From Flavobacteriaceae bacterium (GTDB lineage: Bacteria; Bacteroidota; Bacteroidia; Flavobacteriales; Flavobacteriaceae): 42,368 nt of DNA. The notes beneath the pieces are model-generated. The model did not search any database. It was given only the letters and a program-made list of their open reading frames with translations, and had not been told where the DNA came from. The DNA is taken from positions 1 to 42,368 of the forward strand of contig DAOUPU010000001.1 in NCBI GenBank assembly GCA_030625995.1, given 5' to 3'. This document shows positions 19,794 to 28,780 of the stretch, in pieces (within the stretch, counting starts at the first letter, position 1; each line of letters opens with the position of its first letter). Made by a program: the position numbers and the translations under genes.

Positions 19794-22250
19794 TTGAAAG
19801 CAAATTTAATTTTTCTTTTTCTCTTATTATTGATCACGACCAATGTTTTATCACAAGAAGCAACGATTAAAGGAAAAGTTTTTGACAATCAGGGTAATCC
19901 AATAGAAAATGTTGCCGTTACACATGGCAGTTATGGGACATCAACAAATGCCAAAGGAGAATATTCGATGCAAGTTCCCGGAGGTAATACCATTGAAATT
20001 AAATTTAGTCATATTTCTTTTAAAACATATAGTAGAAGAGTTCGGACTCAGAAAGGAAAAACCCTGGAGTTTTCTCCTAAACTACAAGTAAAAAGGGAGG
20101 AAATTGATGAAGTGATTATAAAAGATGAGAAAGAAGAGGTTGAAGGTATTGTAAAAATAGAAGCCGAAATTGTAAAAGATCTCCCCAGCATTACTGGTGG
20201 TGTAGAAAACGTCTTAAGAACTTTGCCAGGTGTTAATTTTAATAATGAACTGAGTTCTCAGTACAATGTGAGAGGTGGGAGTTTTGAAGAGAATTTAGTT
20301 TATGTAAACGGCATTGAGGTCTATAGGCCTTTCTTGGTAAGGTCTGCAGCACAGGAAGGATTAAGTTTCATAAATCCAAACTTAACTCAAAATATCGACT
20401 TTTCGGCTGGTGGTTTCTCTGCCAAATACGGTGATAAATTGTCTTCTGTTTTAGATATAACCTACAAAAAACCTCAGGAGTTTAGCGTTGCTTTGGAAGC
20501 AAGTTTACTTGGAGCTTCAGTAACTTTAGGTGGGGCCACAAATAATCAAAAACTAAAAGGTATTTTAGGTGCCAGGTATAGTAATACCAGTTTGATCTTT
20601 AACAATTCGGATGTCAATGCTAACTTTAACCCTAACTACACTGATGTTCAAGGATATTTGTCCTATACTATCAGTGATCGATTTACACTTGATTTTTTGG
20701 GTTTATACTCTCTTAACAAATACAACTATACACCCATTTCGAGACAAACTAATTTTGGAGGCGTAATCAATCCTCAAGCCCTTGTTGTAAATTACAGAGG
20801 TAAGGAAGAAGATGAATATGAAACACTTTTTGGCGCTCTAACAGGTATTTATAGCGTAAATGACAATTTTACGCTAAATTTCACAACTTCAGCATATAAT
20901 ACGCATGAACAAGAGTATTTTGACATTTTAGCATTTTATGGAATTGGGGAAGTAAATACGGATTTAGGTTCAGAGAATTTTGGTGATATCGATTTTGTCC
21001 AGTCGATCGGGACACAATTGGATCATGCTAGAAATAATCTAAATGCAAAAATAGTCAATGCTTCCGTCAAAGGAACAGTCAGAAAAAATACCAATCTTGT
21101 TGAATTTGGAATAAAGTACCAATATGAGCAGTTCAAAGATCGTATTATTGAATGGCAGGTTATCGATTCCGCGGGTTTTTCCCTGAGACCTCCATATCTT
21201 CAACCAAAGAACGATGAGCCCTATTCTCCTTATACGGGAGCAATTATTCCATATATCAATGTTCGCGCTATCAATAATGTTATCACAAATAGAATTTCAG
21301 GATATGGCCAATGGAGCAAAAAAACTTCAATTAAAGAGAATATTGTTTGGTTTAATATAGGGCTTAGAGCACAGTATTGGAACGTTGCTCCTGTTGGAAT
21401 AAAATCAGAGAGTCAGTTTTTGTTAAGCCCTCGAGGAAAATTCACCATAAAACCAAATTGGAAAAATGAAACGTTTTTTAGAGTCTCGGCCGGGTATTAT
21501 CAGCAACCGGCATTCTATAGGGAAATGAGAGATTCTTTGGGAGTTGTTCATCCCGAGGTGAAAGCTCAAAAATCATTGAACATCGTTATAGGTTATGATT
21601 ATACCTTACAGATGTGGGACAGACCCTTCAAAATTGTAGCCCAAGCGTATTATAAAAAACTTAACGATGTAAATCCATTTACTATAGATAATGTTAAAAT
21701 AAGGTATCGAGCGAGAAACAATGCCATTGCTTATGCTACCGGGATCGATTTCAGGTTAAACGGTGAATTTGTTCCTGGCACCGAATCTTGGCTTAGTGTG
21801 GGTTATTTAGTTACTAAAGAGAATATTGATAACAGAGGATATATCTCGCGCCCAACAGACCAACGGTTAAAATTTGCAATTCTTTTTCAGGATTATGTGC
21901 CTAAAATTCCTCAATTAAAAATGTATTTGAATCTTGTATATAATACCGGTGTTCCAGGAGGATCTCCCTCCTATGCAGACCCATACCTGTACCAAAATCG
22001 ATTGAAGGATTATTTCAGATCGGATATTGGAATTTCTTATGTAATTGTCGATAGTCAAAATCCACCCAAAAAGAAATGGCAAGAAGTGTTCAAAGATTTT
22101 TCTGTTGGTTTGGAGTTATATAACATGTTTGATGTTCAAAATTCAATAACGAATACCTGGGTTAAGGATATCTCATCAAATCAATACGTAGCTATCCCTA
22201 ACTACCTTAGTGGTAGAATTTTAAATGTAAAATTTGCAATGAGGTTTTAG
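19794..22250 (+). CDS. TonB-dependent receptor with N-terminal CarboxypepD_reg-like domain
   Basis: Signal peptide, GTSTNAKGEY, plug motifs LPGV/YNVRGG/ENLVYVNGIE, GGFSAKYGDKLSSVLDI and terminal Phe; TTG start. Confidence 0.9.
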   Translation: MKANLIFLFLLLLITTNVLSQEATIKGKVFDNQGNPIENVAVTHGSYGTSTNAKGEYSMQVPGGNTIEIKFSHISFKTYSRRVRTQKGKTLEFSPKLQVKREEIDEVIIKDEKEEVEGIVKIEAEIVKDLPSITGGVENVLRTLPGVNFNNELSSQYNVRGGSFEENLVYVNGIEVYRPFLVRSAAQEGLSFINPNLTQNIDFSAGGFSAKYGDKLSSVLDITYKKPQEFSVALEASLLGASVTLGGATNNQKLKGILGARYSNTSLIFNNSDVNANFNPNYTDVQGYLSYTISDRFTLDFLGLYSLNKYNYTPISRQTNFGGVINPQALVVNYRGKEEDEYETLFGALTGIYSVNDNFTLNFTTSAYNTHEQEYFDILAFYGIGEVNTDLGSENFGDIDFVQSIGTQLDHARNNLNAKIVNASVKGTVRKNTNLVEFGIKYQYEQFKDRIIEWQVIDSAGFSLRPPYLQPKNDEPYSPYTGAIIPYINVRAINNVITNRISGYGQWSKKTSIKENIVWFNIGLRAQYWNVAPVGIKSESQFLLSPRGKFTIKPNWKNETFFRVSAGYYQQPAFYREMRDSLGVVHPEVKAQKSLNIVIGYDYTLQMWDRPFKIVAQAYYKKLNDVNPFTIDNVKIRYRARNNAIAYATGIDFRLNGEFVPGTESWLSVGYLVTKENIDNRGYISRPTDQRLKFAILFQDYVPKIPQLKMYLNLVYNTGVPGGSPSYADPYLYQNRLKDYFRSDIGISYVIVDSQNPPKKKWQEVFKDFSVGLELYNMFDVQNSITNTWVKDISSNQYVAIPNYLSGRILNVKFAMRF

Positions 22251-22294
22251 AAATTGACCCTTTAGAGCAAAAAAACATTTATCTGCACTATTTT

Positions 22295-22322
22295 TAAACC
22301 TTTTACTAATTTAGTAGTCCTA
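22295..22322 (+). promoter_or_regulatory. candidate ECF-sigma autoregulatory promoter (TAAACC-N16-GTCCTA)
   Basis: AAAC and GTC cores 17 nt apart just upstream of the ECF gene, matching the general ECF AAC...GTC pattern. No TAnnTTTG box is in this gap. Confidence 0.45.
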
Positions 22323-22334
22323 AAATTAAAAAAG

Positions 22335-22886
22335 TTGGAATTACAGGAATTAACCTTTATTGAACAGCTAAAGAATAAAGCAACTCAAGAAAAGGCTTTT
22401 CGCGAGTTAATATCCCTATATAAGGAACGGTTATATTGGCATATTCGCAAGATCGTTATAGTACATGATGATGCCGATGATGTTTTACAGAATACCTTCA
22501 TAAAGGTTTTTAAAAATATAGATGGCTTTAATGGTAAGAGCAAGATATTTTCCTGGATGTACAGAATAGCCACTAATGAAGCAATAACCCATCTGAACAG
22601 AAATTCAAAATTGAATACTATGAACAGCGTAGAACTTCAAAATAAACTGGTTGAGAATTTATATGCAGATGAATATTTTGATGGCGATGAAATACAATTA
22701 AAATTACAAAAGGCCTTAGCTACGTTACCTCAAAAACAGAGAATCATTTTTAATATGAAATATTTTGACAATATGAAGTATACGGACATATCTGACATTT
22801 TGGAGACATCAGTAGGGGCATTAAAGGCATCGTATTATCATGCCAGAAAAAAAATAGAAAAATTTGTATTGAATGAAACAAAATAA
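22335..22886 (+). CDS. ECF-type RNA polymerase sigma-70 factor
   Basis: Region 2 DADDVLQNTFIK and F-x-GKS...SWMYRIATN; region 4 LPQKQR...Y-x-DISDIL-x-x-SVG; TTG start. Confidence 0.93.
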   Translation: MELQELTFIEQLKNKATQEKAFRELISLYKERLYWHIRKIVIVHDDADDVLQNTFIKVFKNIDGFNGKSKIFSWMYRIATNEAITHLNRNSKLNTMNSVELQNKLVENLYADEYFDGDEIQLKLQKALATLPQKQRIIFNMKYFDNMKYTDISDILETSVGALKASYYHARKKIEKFVLNETK

Positions 22887-23463
22887 AAAAGACATATTGA
22901 ATAAATTGAAAGATGGAGGTACAGGATTTTCTACACCCAAAAATTATTTTGTTCAATTTGAATCAAATTTACAGGAAAATAAAAATAGTATAAAATCCGG
23001 GCTTATTGCCCCAGAAGATTATTTTGATCATGTTGAAGAATCAATATTACTCCGATTAAATATGAAAGTTAGCAGGTCAACCGGCTTTAACACACCGGAT
23101 AATTATTTTGAAAATATTGATCACAATATATTAGCCAATGTAAACAAAAAGAAACCTGAAAAAATAATTAATCTAATCACGAATAAGTATCTCAAAGTTT
23201 TGACTTATTCCATTGCGGCATCACTGCTTATTTTTTTTAGTTTAAAGATTTTAAACTCAGACGATAAACGGTTTGACATCGAAACAATTGAAATTTCTGA
23301 AATTGAAAGTTGGATGGATGAAGAGCTTATTTCATTTAGCAGTTATGAAATATCAGAAACTTTTGATGATATTTATCTTATCGGAGAAGTTAATTATACG
23401 GAAGATGAAATATTGAACTATTTGAATGAAGAAAATATTGAGAATTTAATAATAGAAAACTAA
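22873..23463 (+). CDS. putative single-pass anti-sigma factor
   Basis: Overlaps the ECF stop; three GF-x-x-P-x-x-YF repeats, a TM helix (YSIAASLLIFFSL) and an acidic C-terminus. Confidence 0.7.
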   Translation: MKQNKKDILNKLKDGGTGFSTPKNYFVQFESNLQENKNSIKSGLIAPEDYFDHVEESILLRLNMKVSRSTGFNTPDNYFENIDHNILANVNKKKPEKIINLITNKYLKVLTYSIAASLLIFFSLKILNSDDKRFDIETIEISEIESWMDEELISFSSYEISETFDDIYLIGEVNYTEDEILNYLNEENIENLIIEN

Positions 23464-23466
23464 GCA

Positions 23467-23931
23467 ATGAAAAAATTAACATTATTCATTCTGATCTTAT
23501 TGTCTGGACTAAATAATTTAACAGCGCAGCAAAACAGAGATAAACATGAAAATTTCAGGGCATATAAAATCGCTTATATCACGCAACAATTGGATCTGAG
23601 CCCAACTGAAGCAGAAAAATTTTGGCCGTTGTATAATGAATTCGGAAAACAGTTCTACCAATTAAAAGTGATTGATACAAGAGATATCAAAAGAAAGATC
23701 AAAGAAAGTGGTGGAATAGATACTTTGAGTGAGGGAGAGGCGCATGAATATGTTAGCATTTTGCTCAATGCAGAAGAAGAAATTGTTAAATTAAAAAAGA
23801 AATTTTATGATCGATTAAAAAACGTTTTATCTTCAAATAAAATATTAAAACTATATAGCGCTGAAAATGAATTCAATAGGAAACTACTTTCCGAGTTTCG
23901 AAAAAACAAAACTAAAAATCAATCCAATTGA
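23467..23931 (+). CDS. periplasmic helical 'sensor of ECF-type sigma factor'-like protein (Spy/CpxP-like)
   Basis: Signal peptide and KIAYITQQLDLSPTEAEKFWPLYN motif; third gene of the ECF module. Confidence 0.75.
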   Translation: MKKLTLFILILLSGLNNLTAQQNRDKHENFRAYKIAYITQQLDLSPTEAEKFWPLYNEFGKQFYQLKVIDTRDIKRKIKESGGIDTLSEGEAHEYVSILLNAEEEIVKLKKKFYDRLKNVLSSNKILKLYSAENEFNRKLLSEFRKNKTKNQSN

Positions 23932-24022
23932 AATTTATAAGATATTGAGTATGTCATGGACCAACCTTATTATAAGGAAATTTTCTTGTTAAGAGATAAT
24001 TGAGCTCTGATCTGCTGTTAAA

Positions 24023-25186
24023 TTATTTTCTGGCAAATAAAATCACATCATTTGCACTAATCTCATCCTCTCCAAGAATCAACAAGCGTTCTACCACATT
24101 TCTTAATTCACGTATGTTACCCGACCAGTTATATTTTTGTAAGAGTGCTATTGCTTTTGTGCTGAATTTTTTCGGTGTAGTTCCTTGTTCCTCAGAAATT
24201 TTATCTACAAAATAATTTATTAATATAGGTATATCATCATTTCTTTCACTCAAAGATGGAACATGAATTATTATAACCGCCAGCCTGTGATATAGATCTT
24301 CCCTAAATTTACCTTCGCTGATCTCCTTCATTAAATTCTTATTTGTTGCAGCTAATACTCTGACATCCACCTTAATATCTTTATCACTCCCTACCCTGCT
24401 GATTTTATTTTCTTGCAAAGCTCTTAACACTTTAGCCTGAGCGGATAAGCTCATGTCTCCAATTTCGTCCAAAAAAATAACTCCGCCATTTGCTGCTTCA
24501 AATTTTCCTGCTCTATCTTTATTTGCACCCGTAAACGAGCCTTTTACATGTCCAAATAACTCACTCTCAATTAACTCTGATGGAATAGCAGCACAATTAA
24601 CTTCAATCATCGGTCTTTTTGATCTGTTGCTTTTTTGATGAATCCAATGCGCAACTAATTCCTTTCCTGTGCCATTATCACCTGTAATCAATACTCTTGC
24701 GTCCGTAGGAGCTACTTTTTCTATTATGTTTTTAATATTTGAAATAGCCTCACTCTCCCCTATCATTTCATAATTTTTATTGACAATTCTTCTCAATTTT
24801 TTGTTCTCAACAACCAATTGTTTTTTATCCAAAGCATTTCTAATAGCGTTAAGCAACCTGTTTAAGTCCGGTGGTTTAGAGATATAATCAAATGCCCCGA
24901 TTCGCATCGTTTCAACTGCCGTTTCCAATTCGCCATGACCCGATATCATAATAAAAGGAATTTCAGGTTTGATTTTTTGAGTTTTGCTAAGGACTTCTAC
25001 ACCATCCATTTTTGGCATCTTTATATCGCAAAGAACTAAATCAAAATCTTCTTTTTGGATCATATCAAATCCAGAACAACCATCTTCAGCTTCTTCGATT
25101 TGATAACTACTATTTTCTTCTTTGATGATTTTTACAAGAACGCGGCGAATTGCCGCCTCATCTTCTATTACTAATATTTTACTCAT
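24023..25186 (-). CDS. sigma-54-interacting response regulator (REC + AAA+, NtrC/NtrX-like)
   Basis: Receiver motifs ILVIEDE and LCDIKMP; Walker A GDNGTGKE, ESELFGH.KGSFTGA, FLDEIG, FREDLYHRL and WSGNIREL. Confidence 0.93.
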   Translation of the reverse strand: MSKILVIEDEAAIRRVLVKIIKEENSSYQIEEAEDGCSGFDMIQKEDFDLVLCDIKMPKMDGVEVLSKTQKIKPEIPFIMISGHGELETAVETMRIGAFDYISKPPDLNRLLNAIRNALDKKQLVVENKKLRRIVNKNYEMIGESEAISNIKNIIEKVAPTDARVLITGDNGTGKELVAHWIHQKSNRSKRPMIEVNCAAIPSELIESELFGHVKGSFTGANKDRAGKFEAANGGVIFLDEIGDMSLSAQAKVLRALQENKISRVGSDKDIKVDVRVLAATNKNLMKEISEGKFREDLYHRLAVIIIHVPSLSERNDDIPILINYFVDKISEEQGTTPKKFSTKAIALLQKYNWSGNIRELRNVVERLLILGEDEISANDVILFARK

Positions 25187-25221
25187 GCTTTATATATTCC
25201 TCAAGATAAGGGTGTTATTAA

Positions 25222-26532
25222 TTAATATTTTAGCCATTTGTAAATTTCCCTGTAATTTACTTTTTTTCCATACATCAGGATACCAACTCTATATATTTTT
25301 GCTGCAATCCAAACAACTCCTAAGAAAGTGATGAACAAAATTAATAAAGAAATTAAAATTTGCCACCAGGGTACTCCAAAAGGTATTCTCATCAGCATTA
25401 CTATTGGAGAAGTAAAGGGGATCATCGAAAATACAGTGGCAATAGTACCATGTGGATCATTTATTACCGTGGCAAATCCAACATAAACAGCAATCATCAG
25501 TGGCATAAGAACCGGGAGCATAAATTGTTGTGAATCCGTCTCGTTATCAACTGCTGCTCCGATAGATGCATAGATAGAGCTATATAACAAATAGCCGCAT
25601 AAAAAATACATGATGAATAGAATAAACATGCTGAACAAGGGCAAATTCATTATTTCTAACAAAATAAATTGGCCTTTACCTTGAGTTAGTACCTCCATCT
25701 GTTCTGCCGGTATTTGTGCCGTTTTTAAATTTCCGGAAAGATCAATGCCAAAAACAAAAGAACTAATTATCAACCCAATAAATAATAAAACTCCCCATAT
25801 AAAAAATTGGGTGAGTCCCGCTGCTGCCATACCAAATATCTTACCCAACATCAGTTGAAAAGGCCTGACAGATGAAATGATCACTTCAATAATTCTACTT
25901 GTTTTTTCTTCAATTACACTTCTCATAACCATAGCACCATAAACAATAATAAAAAGCATTATCATATATCCCGCTCCCATTCCCAAACCAATTTTTATTC
26001 CGTTGATAAGTTTAGAAGACTTTTCACCACTGAAATTAGATAGATTGATATCCACATTTACTTTTGTTTTTTCGAGCATTTGTATATCAACATTCAATTG
26101 AAGCATTTTTTCATTTTGCAACTTCTTTGCAATAATTGATTCCAATTCAGAAATCGTTACTATTCCTGGAGAATCAGTCGAGAAAAATTGAATATTTTTC
26201 GCTACTTCATCGATATTCTCATTTCTTGGAAAAAATAACAATCCTTCCTGTGTCGATTCACTAACAATTACTTTTGCCTGAACCAATCCAATGGATGTCA
26301 AATTTTCAAAATGGATTGTATTACTATCTTTCAGATCATTTTCCAAAAAATATCCCGATTCATCTACATATGCTATGGTACTTTTCTTTTCTAAACTACT
26401 TTTTGTCAAAAAAGCAACCAAAGCTATCATACCAATCATCAATAGCGGGCTTAACAAAGTCATGATGATAAAAGTTTTATTTCTGACTTTTGCTATAAAC
26501 TCTCGTTTTATAATGAGTATAAGTTTATTCAT
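25222..26532 (-). CDS. ABC-2 type transporter permease (NatB-like)
   Basis: IIKREF, VMRSVIEEKTSRIIE, LMLGKI and multiple TM helices. Start trimmed to MNKLIL at 26532, overlapping the ATPase stop. Confidence 0.9.
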   Translation of the reverse strand: MNKLILIIKREFIAKVRNKTFIIMTLLSPLLMIGMIALVAFLTKSSLEKKSTIAYVDESGYFLENDLKDSNTIHFENLTSIGLVQAKVIVSESTQEGLLFFPRNENIDEVAKNIQFFSTDSPGIVTISELESIIAKKLQNEKMLQLNVDIQMLEKTKVNVDINLSNFSGEKSSKLINGIKIGLGMGAGYMIMLFIIVYGAMVMRSVIEEKTSRIIEVIISSVRPFQLMLGKIFGMAAAGLTQFFIWGVLLFIGLIISSFVFGIDLSGNLKTAQIPAEQMEVLTQGKGQFILLEIMNLPLFSMFILFIMYFLCGYLLYSSIYASIGAAVDNETDSQQFMLPVLMPLMIAVYVGFATVINDPHGTIATVFSMIPFTSPIVMLMRIPFGVPWWQILISLLILFITFLGVVWIAAKIYRVGILMYGKKVNYREIYKWLKY

Positions 26533-27454
26533 TCTGATTAACGGCTTGGATAAAAATATCACTGACACTTGGAATTACCTCTAAATAGTGATTGATATCT
26601 GCTTTAGAATTTAAATATTTAATCAAGTCGGTCGATGACTCATTGCTTTGTAATTTGATATTCAATTTTAAATCATCTTCCAAAGACTTGAAATTTGCTG
26701 GAGTTATCACAAATCTTGCCTTAAGGTCTTTCAATAATTTACTTTTATTCTTAATACTGAGCCCGACCTCATATGTATTAGTTTTAAATTGTTTCTTTAT
26801 ATCAACTAATTTTCCTTCCAAAACCTTGTTTGCTTTGTCCAGCAAGGCAATATGCTCACATAACTCCTCCACAGACTCCATTCGGTGGGTTGAAAATATA
26901 ATTGTAGCACCTTTTTCTTTTAAATTTAATATTTCATCTTTTATTAAATTAGCGTTAATAGGATCGAACCCTGAAAAAGGTTCGTCAAAAATCAGTAATT
27001 TAGGTTCATGTAAAACGGTAATGATAAATTGTAACTTTTGGGCCATACCTTTAGAAAGCTCCTCCACTTTTTTATTCCACCATGCTCCTATCTCAAATTT
27101 ATCAAACCAATAGTTTATACGCTTTTTTGCCTCGGTTTTCGACAATCCTTTAAGCTGAGCCAGATACATCGCTTGTTCGCCCACTTTCATGCGTTTATAC
27201 AATCCTCTCTCTTCAGGCAAATAACCTATATGATGAACATCATTAGGCTCCAGCTTCTTTCCATTGAAGAGGACAAGTCCGCTATCCGGCAAAGTAATTT
27301 GATTTATTATCCTCAAAAGAGTAGTTTTTCCCGCACCATTTGGTCCAAGAAGACCAAAAATGCTCTCTTTGGGAACTTGAATTGATACATTGTCCAAAGC
27401 CTTAAATTGACCAAATACCTTAACCACATTTTCGGCTTCTAACAAATTTTTCAT
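26525..27454 (-). CDS. ABC transporter ATP-binding protein (NatA-like, DUF4162-type tail)
   Basis: GPNGAGKT, LSKGM signature, IFDEPFSG and H-loop STH. A -7 box TATATTTG lies at 27472-27479. Confidence 0.93.
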   Translation of the reverse strand: MKNLLEAENVVKVFGQFKALDNVSIQVPKESIFGLLGPNGAGKTTLLRIINQITLPDSGLVLFNGKKLEPNDVHHIGYLPEERGLYKRMKVGEQAMYLAQLKGLSKTEAKKRINYWFDKFEIGAWWNKKVEELSKGMAQKLQFIITVLHEPKLLIFDEPFSGFDPINANLIKDEILNLKEKGATIIFSTHRMESVEELCEHIALLDKANKVLEGKLVDIKKQFKTNTYEVGLSIKNKSKLLKDLKARFVITPANFKSLEDDLKLNIKLQSNESSTDLIKYLNSKADINHYLEVIPSVSDIFIQAVNQNE

Positions 27455-27509
27455 AGGAATTTAATAAAATACAAATATAAATTGGATTCTCATATATATT
27501 TGCTATTTC

Positions 27510-28205
27510 CTAAAGAAGTTCTTCTAAATATTTTTGCTCAATCTCTTTAACCATCTCCAGGGTAATATTTGGTTTGATAATTCTGAGCATATCAGTGATA
27601 CCGTCATTTTCGTATAAAATACCTTTAGCAATATCAAAGTTTGTTATGGAAATGTTATTTTTTATTTTAAAGGTTGTATCTCTAAATTCATCCCATGTCA
27701 AACGCTTTGGTATTATGACATAAAATCTGTCTTTATTTTGTGGAGATTGATATATCCTATCGGTAACCTGCTTAAGATTAAAAAATTTATTGACTCTCAC
27801 TAAGGCTTCCGTTTCCTCATTTATTCTAACATTCTTTGCAAAATCAAAGCCTTCATTCTTGTAAGCTTCCTGTATATTTTTAATATGAGAATATCTATGA
27901 ATTCCTTTTATTCTGATTCCATAATACTTTCTACTGCCAATATCCATCTCACATTTTGCCGCATGAAGTTCCAGATCCATTAATTCGTTAATTCGCTTTG
28001 TAGCTCTTAATATTGACTCAAATGAAACAGATTTTTTAGTTAAAAATAAAATTGAGTTGGGTCTGTTTATTTCAGAAAATCTTGTGTAGTAAGTAGCTAG
28101 CGGATTAGGTACATGAATAACAAAGGTATTTGGAATTTTATTTTCTCCAAGAGGATTAACATTTTCTTGAAGTGTAATTTTTCCTATCAATTCACGAACT
28201 GTCAT
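27510..28205 (-). CDS. hypothetical cytoplasmic protein with apparent internal duplication
   Basis: 231-aa ORF filling the gap, with plausible composition and no motif I recognise. Confidence 0.75.
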   Translation of the reverse strand: MTVRELIGKITLQENVNPLGENKIPNTFVIHVPNPLATYYTRFSEINRPNSILFLTKKSVSFESILRATKRINELMDLELHAAKCEMDIGSRKYYGIRIKGIHRYSHIKNIQEAYKNEGFDFAKNVRINEETEALVRVNKFFNLKQVTDRIYQSPQNKDRFYVIIPKRLTWDEFRDTTFKIKNNISITNFDIAKGILYENDGITDMLRIIKPNITLEMVKEIEQKYLEELL

Positions 28206-28284
28206 AGTATAAAAGTAGTTTAAGTTTAATTTATGCTTTAAAAATACAAATATCTATTCGTATTAAATAATTTTTTTATAAATT

Positions 28285-28317
28285 TACTATGCACGCATAA
28301 TAATTTTATTATATTTG
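28285..28317 (+). promoter_or_regulatory. MarR operator candidate (TACTATGC-AC-GCATAATA) and -7 box (TATATTTG, 28310-28317)
   Basis: Near-palindrome 7 nt upstream of an exact TAnnTTTG; the ATG follows the box by 4 nt. Confidence 0.6.
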
Positions 28318-28321
28318 TGAA

Positions 28322-28765
28322 ATGGAAAAGGCTAAATCAATTGACCATGTTCTTCGAGCAACCTGGCAGGCTATTGCAAAGATCTATAATGAGCAGGCCT
28401 CTAAACATGACATAACAATGGCAGTGGCCATGGTGTTACTTAATATCGAATATGAAAATGGCACACCATCAACTTCTCTGGGACCTTCCATGGGTATGGA
28501 AGCTACGAGTCTTTCCAGAATACTAAAAAATATGGAAGAACGAGGTTTTATATACAGAGAGAGAAACCCGGATGATGGCAGAAGTGTATATATAAAATTA
28601 ACGAAATTAGGAATTGAAAAACGCGAAGTTTCTAAATCAAGCGTAAATCAATTCAACAAGGCTATCAGAGAAATTATTTCGGAAGAAAAAATTAATCATT
28701 TTTTTGAAGTTACGGAGACTGTGAATAGGCTTATCAATCAGAAAGCAATTTTTAAGAACGAATAA
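28322..28765 (+). CDS. MarR family transcriptional regulator of the beta-oxidation operon
   Basis: wHTH with LSRILKNMEERGFIYR and DGRSVYIKLT..G motifs. Confidence 0.92.
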   Translation: MEKAKSIDHVLRATWQAIAKIYNEQASKHDITMAVAMVLLNIEYENGTPSTSLGPSMGMEATSLSRILKNMEERGFIYRERNPDDGRSVYIKLTKLGIEKREVSKSSVNQFNKAIREIISEEKINHFFEVTETVNRLINQKAIFKNE

Positions 28766-28780
28766 CAAGAAATTTTAATT

